From an uncultured Haliea sp. (GTDB taxonomy: Bacteria > Pseudomonadota > Gammaproteobacteria > Pseudomonadales > Halieaceae), in assembly GCA_963977275.1 (NCBI GenBank), contig CAXBNX010000010.1, positions 58,962 through 122,961 on the forward strand: a DNA stretch of 64,000 bases, in the 5' to 3' direction. The first letter of the stretch is position 1. Every line of letters begins with the position of its first letter. This document shows positions 8,526 to 17,215 of the stretch, in pieces. The notes below the pieces were generated by a model that was not told where the DNA came from, did no database searches, and saw only the letters and a program-made list of their open reading frames with translations. A program made the position numbers and the translations under genes.

Positions 8526-10910
8526 TTACTCAGGATAGCCATAAGCCGTTGGCCAGTCGCTCATTTGCGGTGGCGGCGCGGCGCATGCCGGTGTTGCTGG
8601 TATGGCCTGGCCCGAAGCGCAATCGCTGGGGCAGAAGCCCTGCTCGTCACACTGCGCGCCGGTAGCCACCGGGGCTGTCGTGCCCCAATTCCCATCGGCA
8701 CAGGCAGACTGGGTGTTTTGCATCATTCCCCGGTCCTCGTGACCCAGGATGTGGCAATGGTTCACGAACAAACCCGTGAATTCTTTCGCGACATATCGGA
8801 GCTTGGCGTGGCCCCAGGGGGCTGCTTCATCATTAGGGTCCGAATTGGGCTCTATGCCGCTGGCCGATGCCTGCGGGATGGGCAGTGTGTCTCTCCAAAC
8901 AGGGTATGTGAACTCATTTGGCGTACGGTTGGACATGCTCAGGAGCTGAAACGGATTCTGGTGGATGTGGAACGGATGGGCAACCGCAGAATTATTGTTC
9001 CATAATGTCCACTCCTCCGGTCTGTCCAGGGTGAGGGTCTCATTAGCGCAGTCGGGGTTATACTTTGCCTGATTGATCCAGAATTGCGTGGTATTTCCCC
9101 CACCCTGACCCACCATCTGGTAGTAAATGTCGTTCATGAGAGCTGGGTCGGTCACCGGCGGAATGTCGGTGAGATAGCTGGCCATTTCAGGGTAGTCGTC
9201 GCCCTCGGGATAGAACATAATTTGTTCTTCATCCTCCTCGACCCGCAGAGTGAAGAGCGGCCCGAGGGTACCAATATCCCCGCAAGTACCTTCCACAGCT
9301 TCGGCTCTGAGCTTGTGGATAGCGTCAGCCTTTGCTTGCGCATTCTTATTCAATACCGTCGTAATGTCATACACCATGCAGTGGGACCCGGCCTCAAGCG
9401 GGGCCCGAATCAGGATGTCGATGCGATTCCCCGGGGACAGATTAAACGAGGTTAGCTCGTCGAAGGTGCTCTCGTCGGGGACTTCACTGCAATCGGGGTT
9501 GTTCAAAAAGGGTTGGCAGTCGTAGTTTTTAGGCGAAAACTGCACGCCGTCCATCGCAATCTGCCGGAGAGAGGGGCTCTCCTTGCCTTCCACATCGGGG
9601 AAGCCGATTTGCAGCGCAGCGGCGGATTGCATGGTCGCTCCCAAAAAACGCCAGCGCTGAATTTCGCCCTTTTTCATGGTGATAATTGGGTTGGCCTGAC
9701 CATTGATGAGCATCGCGTTGGTTTGATCAGCGCCTCCCAGACCGGGTTGTTTTTCCTGAATCTGCTGAATGACCAGTAGTCGGTCTTTTAGCGGCCCGCC
9801 CCCTTCGGTCTCAAAGTGCTTGTCAAGTTTCGCGTCGAACTCGCCACGAACCTGGAAGGTGCCGGCGAGCCCGTTGAGCACCTGAAGGGCTGTCGAGCCG
9901 TGTTTGTGGGCATGATACCAGTGGGTGCCAGGGGCTTGCGTATAACGTAGCGGATCAACGTCATAGTCGGAATGCCCATATTGAACCACACCATTTTCTC
10001 CGTGTGAGCTGTGCGTCGGCAGCTCAGAGGGCTCTACGCCTTGGGGTAATGGCGGGCGCAATTCAATGCCCACGAAGTCCTGCCCCAGCTGCGGGGAAAC
10101 ATGAAAGCCATGGAAGTGAAAGTTGGTCGAATTGTTGCCGTGGAAGCAATTCGGCGGCTCTACCACGACGCCGTTGACGATTTGGCTAGGCGTAAACGGG
10201 GGAACACCACCGTTATCGGGGTCGGGTTCGACGTAGCACTCGCCAGTCTCCGGGTTTATGCCGGCATTATCGCCCGAAGTATTACACTTAAAAAAGGCAT
10301 CGCATGCGAGCGGGCTCTCGTCGTACGGCATGCGGTTGTACAACCTCATCTTGAATCCGGTGCCGTCGGATGCGCCTGGCTTCGTTGCTGGAGTCAGCAA
10401 GAAGGTGGGTCCCGGTGCGCTCCAGGCGATATTCGGGCTATTGGGGTCGTCCGCATCGGCTTCGGTAATTGGGATGCTGGGGTCTCTTGGGAAGCCATAC
10501 GTGCGCAAATTAAGCGTTTGCATCTCCCAATGATCGGTAACCCATACTGGCACACAGCGTTCACGAATGCGTACCACCAATTCGGTTTCAATCTCACCCT
10601 CGTATGCCCCGATTATCGTCGGTTCAAGAAGCGGTTCCTGGGAATAGGCTTGCCCCGGCTCGCAGGCGCCATTATTCAACTCGGCCAGATCAGTTTCGTA
10701 AATAGCCCGAGGGTCCTCGACAGGCGGTGGCGGTGGTGGGGGTGGCGGTGGTGGTGGTGGCGATGAGGAATTGTTATCTGAGCATGCTGCTAGTACAAAA
10801 AAACTTACTGCAAAAATCGAGCAGGCGGCGATTCTGATCAATTGGCCCGGTGAGCGTGTGTACTTTCCGGCCTGGCTAAAGCCCTTGGCCGGAGCAGATA
10901 TTTTGAGCAT
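8526..10910 (-). CDS. Large multicopper oxidase, predicted lipoprotein
   Basis: All four Cu-binding motifs are present: HFHGFH, WYHAHKHG, HPFHIHQNPF and HCHILGHEDRGMM. Has the lipobox VLAAC. I moved the start to ATG 10910 (GAGGA RBS) instead of the track start at 11063. Confidence 0.85.
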   Translation of the reverse strand: MLKISAPAKGFSQAGKYTRSPGQLIRIAACSIFAVSFFVLAACSDNNSSSPPPPPPPPPPPPPVEDPRAIYETDLAELNNGACEPGQAYSQEPLLEPTIIGAYEGEIETELVVRIRERCVPVWVTDHWEMQTLNLRTYGFPRDPSIPITEADADDPNSPNIAWSAPGPTFLLTPATKPGASDGTGFKMRLYNRMPYDESPLACDAFFKCNTSGDNAGINPETGECYVEPDPDNGGVPPFTPSQIVNGVVVEPPNCFHGNNSTNFHFHGFHVSPQLGQDFVGIELRPPLPQGVEPSELPTHSSHGENGVVQYGHSDYDVDPLRYTQAPGTHWYHAHKHGSTALQVLNGLAGTFQVRGEFDAKLDKHFETEGGGPLKDRLLVIQQIQEKQPGLGGADQTNAMLINGQANPIITMKKGEIQRWRFLGATMQSAAALQIGFPDVEGKESPSLRQIAMDGVQFSPKNYDCQPFLNNPDCSEVPDESTFDELTSFNLSPGNRIDILIRAPLEAGSHCMVYDITTVLNKNAQAKADAIHKLRAEAVEGTCGDIGTLGPLFTLRVEEDEEQIMFYPEGDDYPEMASYLTDIPPVTDPALMNDIYYQMVGQGGGNTTQFWINQAKYNPDCANETLTLDRPEEWTLWNNNSAVAHPFHIHQNPFQLLSMSNRTPNEFTYPVWRDTLPIPQASASGIEPNSDPNDEAAPWGHAKLRYVAKEFTGLFVNHCHILGHEDRGMMQNTQSACADGNWGTTAPVATGAQCDEQGFCPSDCASGQAIPATPACAAPPPQMSDWPTAYGYPE
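10722..10760 (-). repeat. Coding (CCN)13 tract giving a poly-proline linker in the multicopper oxidase
   Basis: I count 13 consecutive Pro codons (CCA/CCG/CCC/CCT) directly after the lipobox and a SDNNSSS segment. Confidence 0.9.
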
Positions 10911-11280
10911 GAATGTTCCTCTGTAATAAACTTGCTGTAATGGAACATTATCACCATTTTGTGGGGAATACGTATCTTTTGGTTTCAAAATCACACTGGC
11001 GCAAATATTGGCAAATTGAACGTGATATTTTGCGTAGATATCGTTCTTTGATGGGATGTCCAAGGGGAAGTGCCACTAAAATAGAAGACTTGAGGGGGGA
11101 TGTAGTTTCTTTTCTCGGTAAAACCGGTAATGTCTCAGGCGGTTCCCAGCGAAGGGTCCAGTAGCGGCAAGGAAGGGGTTTGCGCTTTCTTAGCGTTTTT
11201 CTAGCTATGCAAAAAATTGCATTCTCCCCTGATAGCATACTGTATACGGGTAAGTCTGTCAGAGAGATTCAGGGTTGGGG

Positions 11281-12111
11281 TCAGGGCAGAGAGGCACGTT
11301 CTTTCACTAATGCCGTCAGCTCCGCGAGTTGCTGTTGAACCGCTGACAACTGCAGCGACATCCGCTCCCGCTCATCGTGTGCCTCCTTTGTCTGGCGGAG
11401 GTTTTTCTCCTCCCCCATGACCTCCAGTATCGATCCAATCATCATGTTCAGAAATACAAAAGCTGTGAGGAAAATGAATGTGAGGTAGTAAATCCAGCTC
11501 AGCGGGTACACTGCCATGGTGGCGTACATAATGTCGGTCCAGTCTTCAAAGGTAGCCACCCTGAATAGAGTGAGCATGGAAACAGCGACATCTCCCCATA
11601 GCACCTCGTCAATGGCCGCGAAGAACAGCGAACCCATGGCCGCATAAATGTAGAAAATGATGAACATCAGCAGGGCGATGTAGCCCATGCGAGGCATTGC
11701 CTTGAACAGTGAGTCAATCAGAAACCGAAGTTCCGGTATGACTGAGACCAACCGCAACACCCGGAAAACCCGCAGCAGTCTGCCGAGAAGCACGGCTTCG
11801 GAGCCATCAATGGGGATCAGGCTCCCTATAACCACAATGGTGTCGAATATATTCCAGCCATCGAAAAAGAAGCGTTTCTTATTGGCACATACCGCAAAGC
11901 GCAGCAGGATTTCGGCAAGAAAGAACAAGGTCACGCCCTTGTCCAGCACCATAAGACTTTGCTCCAGAAGCGGTGGGAGATCATAGGTCTTCGCGCCTAT
12001 TGCCAATGCGGACAGCACAATGATGAAAATTACAGCTCCACGAAACAGTTTACTGGACTCTATCCGCTGAAGTTGTGCCAGGCGCGAGTTGGTGCTGCTC
12101 TCAAAGGTCAT
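11281..12111 (-). CDS. Bacterial voltage-gated cation channel (NaChBac/NavAb family, single 6-TM domain)
   Basis: S4 segment RLLRVFRVLRLVS has Arg at every third position. The pore is TLFRVATFEDWTDIMY. A C-terminal coiled coil is present (LQLSAVQQQLAELTALV). Confidence 0.85.
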   Translation of the reverse strand: MTFESSTNSRLAQLQRIESSKLFRGAVIFIIVLSALAIGAKTYDLPPLLEQSLMVLDKGVTLFFLAEILLRFAVCANKKRFFFDGWNIFDTIVVIGSLIPIDGSEAVLLGRLLRVFRVLRLVSVIPELRFLIDSLFKAMPRMGYIALLMFIIFYIYAAMGSLFFAAIDEVLWGDVAVSMLTLFRVATFEDWTDIMYATMAVYPLSWIYYLTFIFLTAFVFLNMMIGSILEVMGEEKNLRQTKEAHDERERMSLQLSAVQQQLAELTALVKERASLP

Positions 12112-12171
12112 TGCTCGCTGTTGCTCAGGTGTGTTGTCGCAGACAAGAAGTGTCGGTACTCCCGATACTCG

Positions 12172-12360
12172 TTACGCGTGTTTGGAACCATCTTCCTCAT
12201 TTCCCTCAATTTTTTCGCGAAGCGTTTCGGCCTGAGCCGTGAGCACCGAATAAAGACGAATATTGCCGTTTCTCTGAGCATGAAACGCTTTGGAAACCAA
12301 CGATTCATGTTCCTTTTTCCATTGTTTCAATGGCGACCTTCTGAAAAATCCAAACATCAT
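12172..12360 (-). CDS. Small Lacal_2735-family-like protein (62 aa)
   Basis: MMFGFFRRSPLKQWKKEHESL... matches, from memory, the MFGFFKKK... pattern of this small-protein family. I placed the start at the ATGATG at 12355-12360. Confidence 0.45.
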   Translation of the reverse strand: MMFGFFRRSPLKQWKKEHESLVSKAFHAQRNGNIRLYSVLTAQAETLREKIEGNEEDGSKHA

Positions 12361-12627
12361 CTCTCTCCCTGTGCTGAGTGTTTTTATGAATAGCATAGGA
12401 AATACGTATGACGTGTACCCCAAGATCACTTTATATCCATGTGCCGCCGCGTGGGGCGCCGTGTTCGGAAAATTCGCGCGCAAATGCTATCACTATCATG
12501 GCGCGTAAACAGCAGTTCAATTTACCCACAGACAGTGGATACGCCATACGGCTGTGGGAAATGTACTAATATCACTGCCGGTGGTATATCTGGCGCCCGC
12601 TACTCTGGGTTATACGTATCTTTCGCT

Positions 12628-13674
12628 ATGAATATCAATGACATTACCGATACCATTCTGGACGAAAGCAGCTCATCCAGTGCCTTACAACAGGCGCTCG
12701 ATGCATTTTTAAAGCAGTGTAGTGACGCCAGTGGTATACAGTCCAACCGCAGTTTTGACGCCTGGGCGGGTGATACCCTGTTGGAGACAGGAGTGGCGAT
12801 AAACCCGCAGGCGGCAGCGCATTGTGTATTGGACTACCAGCGCAGCGCGGTGTTTATCCGCGGTATCTACGCTGCGATAGAAACCTTAAGGGTACGCTTT
12901 CCTGACACCCAACTGGATATTTTGTACGCTGGCTGCGGCCCTTTCGCCACGCTCCTGCTGCCGCTGCTCTGCAAGTTCTCGCCCGGTGATCTTAGAATAC
13001 ACCTGCTGGATATTCACCAACGCTCGCTGGAAAGCGTTAATTTGCTAATGACCCATTACGGGTTAGCCGGCAATGACTTCTACACCATTCAGGGCGACGC
13101 ATGTCACTATCAACACGATGTGAATCTGCACCTGATAATCGCCGAAACCATGCAGAAATCCCTGGAACAGGAACCGCAATTTGCCGTCACGGCCAATCTC
13201 GCACCGCAACTTGGCCCCAGGGGCATTTTCATTCCACAGCGTATAGAGATCTCCTTATGCCTGGCGGATCTGGATGATGAAAGCACAATATACGGAAAAT
13301 CACCGCGGGTGGACCCGAACTTAGCCGAAATGGAAGCGCGGCGGTTCCCGATAGAAACGATTTTTACCCTGTCTCCATCGCAAGTATCCGAGCAGCTGCG
13401 CACTGTACAAAAAAACAGTCACAGCAACACGCTTGAACTGGACCTCACAGTGGTAAAAATACCGCCGATAAAGGACATGGCCAGGTTTGACGCGGCGCTG
13501 TTCACGCGGATTACCGTATTTGGGCCGTATCTCCTACAGGACTATGAATCAGAGATTACACTGCCACAAAAATGCCAGGAGCTGGCACCATTGGCGGGGG
13601 GTGAACGCTACCGGATAAGCTACCAACTGGGCAGTTATCCAAGGTTCAACTTCGAACGACTTGGCAATCCTTGA
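12628..13674 (+). CDS. Hypothetical protein with a class-I SAM-methyltransferase-like (PRMT-like) core
   Basis: ILYAGCGPFA resembles motif I. An acidic LLD loop and IIAETM resemble PRMT motifs. Start moved to ATG 12628. Confidence 0.4.
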   Translation: MNINDITDTILDESSSSSALQQALDAFLKQCSDASGIQSNRSFDAWAGDTLLETGVAINPQAAAHCVLDYQRSAVFIRGIYAAIETLRVRFPDTQLDILYAGCGPFATLLLPLLCKFSPGDLRIHLLDIHQRSLESVNLLMTHYGLAGNDFYTIQGDACHYQHDVNLHLIIAETMQKSLEQEPQFAVTANLAPQLGPRGIFIPQRIEISLCLADLDDESTIYGKSPRVDPNLAEMEARRFPIETIFTLSPSQVSEQLRTVQKNSHSNTLELDLTVVKIPPIKDMARFDAALFTRITVFGPYLLQDYESEITLPQKCQELAPLAGGERYRISYQLGSYPRFNFERLGNP

Positions 13675-14056
13675 ACGAGCACACATCCGGCGCGGAAATT
13701 CTCCAGGGCAGGGCCGCAACCAGCGATGCCCGAAAAATTTTCATCCGCTATCTGGTCGTCTGATCTAGACACATTGATTGAACGTATTAAGACCAATTCC
13801 TGCTCATCGCGTTCATACGCGGCCCTGGCGGCAGTGGTTGTTTTGCTGCATGGTGACTGTTGCCCGGGCGGAAGAGGGCGAATCAAACTACTCGTTTTCT
13901 GAGGCCGCCAGGTATCCGCAGCAGGTTTCTGAGTTTGACGCCACCAGGTTGACACCGGAATGGCATGAGGCGCTGCCAGTAAAACGCATGGCCTATGCCA
14001 GACCGGAGTTGCCGCCTCGCAGCGTAAATATTAGTGGGTGAGGAGATTGTAGCGAC

Positions 14057-14719
14057 TCAATCCAGCGCGACCAATGCCGCCAGGCTGTTCAGCTCGGAAT
14101 GAAAAGGGTCAGTGTCCGCGTCTCTGTGCCAGCTATATTCGGCGGATGTCATGGCAGTCAGGGCTGCCTCCTCACCGAACAATCGCTGGATGATCGCCAG
14201 GCTCATGTCCGTACCCGCTGAGACACCTGAAGAGGTCACCACCGGCCCGTCGTCCACCCAGCGAGCCCGCTCAATCCACTCTACTTTGTCACATTGCGCG
14301 ACAGCGAGGGCGAACAGTTGCTTGTTGCTGGTGGCACGGTGGCCGTCCAGCACACCTGCTTTTGCCAGTAGTGCAGACCCTGTACATACCGACGCTGTGA
14401 TCTGCGCCTGTTTTGCCCGCTCTGCCAGAAAGGACAGCAAAGACGCATTCTCCAGCGCCGGTATTGTGCCGAAGCCGCCGGGTAGTAGCAGGATATCCAG
14501 CTGTGGTGCATCGGTGAAGTCATACTCGGCCAGCACTTTCGGGCCGTTTTCAATATCCATTCCCATCGCCGCGATGACCGGTCCTTTGTGTTCTGCCACC
14601 ATATGAATACGAACCTTTTCAGGGCCGAGCAATGAAAACATTTCCAGCGGGCCAAACAGGTCCAGCATTTCAAAGCCGGGATAGAGAATAGCGCCCAGGT
14701 TGAAGGTTTTTTCTGTCAT
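14057..14719 (-). CDS. DJ-1/PfpI-family protein
   Basis: Has the nucleophile elbow ASVCTGSALLAKAGVLDG. Length is 220 aa. Confidence 0.85.
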   Translation of the reverse strand: MTEKTFNLGAILYPGFEMLDLFGPLEMFSLLGPEKVRIHMVAEHKGPVIAAMGMDIENGPKVLAEYDFTDAPQLDILLLPGGFGTIPALENASLLSFLAERAKQAQITASVCTGSALLAKAGVLDGHRATSNKQLFALAVAQCDKVEWIERARWVDDGPVVTSSGVSAGTDMSLAIIQRLFGEEAALTAMTSAEYSWHRDADTDPFHSELNSLAALVALD

Positions 14720-15096
14720 GATCTCTCCAGATATTCGCTTATTGGTATTGGCGAGTGGGCACCGCTTATTAGTGTCAGGCGACGAAAGGATTCAACCCCT
14801 GTCGGCGATAGTTGTTCTATGCAATAAGCGGGCATAACCCGCAGGGCTTTATGTTGGTCTGCGAACAGAGGTGCCTTTTCGTCGCTCTGGCGCTCCACAG
14901 CAATAATGTGCTCTCTCCCTGGAATGGGTTCGATAAACGGGTCATCTCCGAAGTGGCCAAAATAGGATGAAAACTGTTCCAGGTCATCGTCAGTCATTGC
15001 CTCGCCGGGAAACGCCAACACGTGGTGTGTAAGCCAGGCTGCCCTGATGGCAGCGACGGTTATATTGTAGCAATTCAGTGGCTGCTTTGGCGTAAA
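14716..15096 (-). pseudogene. Remnant of a TauD/TfdA-family dioxygenase gene (N-terminal ~100 codons only)
   Basis: The open frame reads ...VAAIRAAWLTHHVLAFPGEAMTDDDLEQFSSYFGHFG..., like a TauD N-terminus. It has no proper start and lacks the HxD...H iron triad. It diverges after LFADQ and overlaps the DJ-1 start by ATGA. Confidence 0.45.
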
Positions 15097-15159
15097 TCAC
15101 TCTGGTTAATCGAGCGGAAAAATTCAAGCTGGCAATACGCTTGCCGCAGATCACTGCGC

Positions 15160-16806
15160 TTATGTTTGACTCGTTTTCGTCAGCCTGAAGCCTTCATAGC
15201 CACTGGTCACTACGTCTTCACAGATCTCCTTGTAGCGCTTGCCACCGCCCAGGTAGACCATAAACACCCGTGGTTTGCCTTTGATGTTGGCTCCGAGATA
15301 CCAGGATTCTGCGGAGGGCAGCAGGGTAGCGTCGGCGACCTCCTTGACGTGGGTAATCCACTTATCCTCTGATTCCTGCGTGGTTTCGATAGTATCGAGG
15401 TGGTGTTCCCGGAGATGACCTATACAGCCAGCAATCCATTCGCAGTGCTGTTCGATGCTCAGTGGCATATTGAACAATACGGAGGGGCTGAGTGGCCCGG
15501 TGACGGTAAAGAAGTTGGGGAAGCCGGCTGTCATCAGTCCGAGATTGGTGCGGGGCCCCGCGGACCAATGATCCTGCAACCTCTTGCCCTCGCGGCCGTG
15601 GATATTCATCTTGTAGAGCGAACCGGTAAAAGCATCAAACCCGGTGGCGTAGATAATCACATCGAGTTCATGCTCCTCTGATTTTGTGCGAACCCCGTCC
15701 GGGGTGACTTCTTTTATCGGGTCCACCTTGAGATCGACCAGGGTGACATCGTCACGATTATAGGTTTCGTAGTAGCCGGTTTCGCAAGGCTGGCGCTTGG
15801 TGCCGTAGTTCAATTCCGGTGCCGGAACCAGTTTCTCGGCTACCGCGGGGTCCTTGACCTGCTCGCGGATCTTTTCGCGCACGAAGGCGCCAGCGGTATC
15901 GTTGGCCGCCTTGTCCATCAGCAGGTCGCCGTAACTGCCCAGCCACAGACTAAAACCACCTTCATTCCAGCGGTTTTCGTAATGTTCCTGGCGCTGTTCC
16001 GGTGAATCGGCAGTTGCGGATGGACGGACATGGTAGAACGGAACTCCGGCAAAGGCATTCCACGAGTCTTCCCGGACTTGTTTATAGCGGGCTTTAATTT
16101 CGTTTTGCTCTTCCTGGCCAAGGGGACGGTTGTGCAGCGGTGCGGCGAACGGCGGGGTGCGCTGGAAAACTGTAAGGTGAGCGGCCTTCTCTGCGACGAT
16201 GGGAATCACCTGCACGGCTGTCGCGCCGGTGCCGATGATGCCAACGCGCTTACCAGCGAAATCAACACCTTCCCGGGGCCAACTGCTGGTAAAAATAGAC
16301 GTGCCCTGGAAACGATCGATGCCCTTGATATCCGGCGCTGCAGCAGTGGAGAGGGCACCGACGCCGGAGATCAGAAAGCGAGCTGTGAGGACCTTGCCAT
16401 TATCGGTTGATACATGCCAGCGGCTGTCGGCCTCGTGGTAATCGGCGCGAGTCACCCGGGTGCTGAAGCGAATGTCCTTGCTGAGATCGAATTTATTGGC
16501 GACAAATTCGAGATAGGCGAGGATTTCGGGCTGTGACGCATATTTTTCGCTCCACTCCCATTCCTGCTGCAGCTCATCCGAGAAGGAATAGGAATAATCC
16601 ATGCTGGGAATATCGCAGCGTGCCCCGGGATATCGGTTCCAGTACCAGGTGCCGCCCACGCCATCGCCAGCCTCAATCGCGGTAGCGTACAACCCCAGCT
16701 TGTCACGCAGCAGGTGCAGCATGTAAAGGCCGGCAAAACCGGCGCCGACGACGATAGCGTCGAAATCGTTTGTGGTCTGATCAGTGACATTATTATTGTT
16801 AGTCAT
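15160..16806 (-). CDS. Type I Baeyer-Villiger monooxygenase (cyclohexanone-monooxygenase-like) with an atypical fingerprint
   Basis: Motifs GAGFAGLY, GGTWYWNRYPGARCD and GTGATAVQ are present. The fingerprint reads FQGTSIFTSSWP, with Phe at the position of the conserved His. Confidence 0.85.
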   Translation of the reverse strand: MTNNNNVTDQTTNDFDAIVVGAGFAGLYMLHLLRDKLGLYATAIEAGDGVGGTWYWNRYPGARCDIPSMDYSYSFSDELQQEWEWSEKYASQPEILAYLEFVANKFDLSKDIRFSTRVTRADYHEADSRWHVSTDNGKVLTARFLISGVGALSTAAAPDIKGIDRFQGTSIFTSSWPREGVDFAGKRVGIIGTGATAVQVIPIVAEKAAHLTVFQRTPPFAAPLHNRPLGQEEQNEIKARYKQVREDSWNAFAGVPFYHVRPSATADSPEQRQEHYENRWNEGGFSLWLGSYGDLLMDKAANDTAGAFVREKIREQVKDPAVAEKLVPAPELNYGTKRQPCETGYYETYNRDDVTLVDLKVDPIKEVTPDGVRTKSEEHELDVIIYATGFDAFTGSLYKMNIHGREGKRLQDHWSAGPRTNLGLMTAGFPNFFTVTGPLSPSVLFNMPLSIEQHCEWIAGCIGHLREHHLDTIETTQESEDKWITHVKEVADATLLPSAESWYLGANIKGKPRVFMVYLGGGKRYKEICEDVVTSGYEGFRLTKTSQT

Positions 16807-16892
16807 CCGGTAGTTCCATTGTTTAGTGAAAGGGTATCAAGGATATTTTTTGGGGTCAAGGCGGGTTGAGCCTATGTCCATTTGAATGTCTT

Positions 16893-17207
16893 TCATGGCG
16901 ATATCGTTGTTACCAGAGTCTTATTAAGATAGCCCACTACTTTTAAACGTATATCCGAGCGGGGGAACACTCTGCAAGCCAATACCGTACCGGACTGTTC
17001 TTCCTGTTCTGTAACCCGTCCTCGGCTCATTTTTTTGCATTCGTATGTGCCATGCAAAATTTCAATTTTGCAAACACCGCAGCCTCCACCCCTGCAACCT
17101 ACGGGGATGCCCTTTTTGCCCAGTTGCAACATCGCGGCTAGAAGGTGTTGTGTTTCCTTGCAGTGGAAAGTCTCTTCCGTGTCGGCAATGGTGATCGTGT
17201 GCGGCAT
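16893..17207 (-). CDS. dmpQ: XylT/DmpQ-type plant-like [2Fe-2S] ferredoxin
   Basis: IPVGCRGGGCGVCKIEILHGTY...MSRGRV...LACRVFP matches the XylT signature as I remember it. Confidence 0.8.
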   Translation of the reverse strand: MPHTITIADTEETFHCKETQHLLAAMLQLGKKGIPVGCRGGGCGVCKIEILHGTYECKKMSRGRVTEQEEQSGTVLACRVFPRSDIRLKVVGYLNKTLVTTISP

Positions 17208-17215
17208 CGAGACCC

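Noticed and set aside
13726-13902. A 58-codon ORF (MPEKFSSAIWSSDLDTLIERIKTNS...AAVVVLLHGDCCPGG) and the overlapping 87-aa track ORF 13778-14041, in the 380-nt gap after the methyltransferase-like gene.
   Set aside because: The ...VVLLHG... segment vaguely recalls an alpha/beta-hydrolase N-terminus, so this might be a gene remnant. The similarity is too short, I could not build a consistent frame, and there is no RBS.
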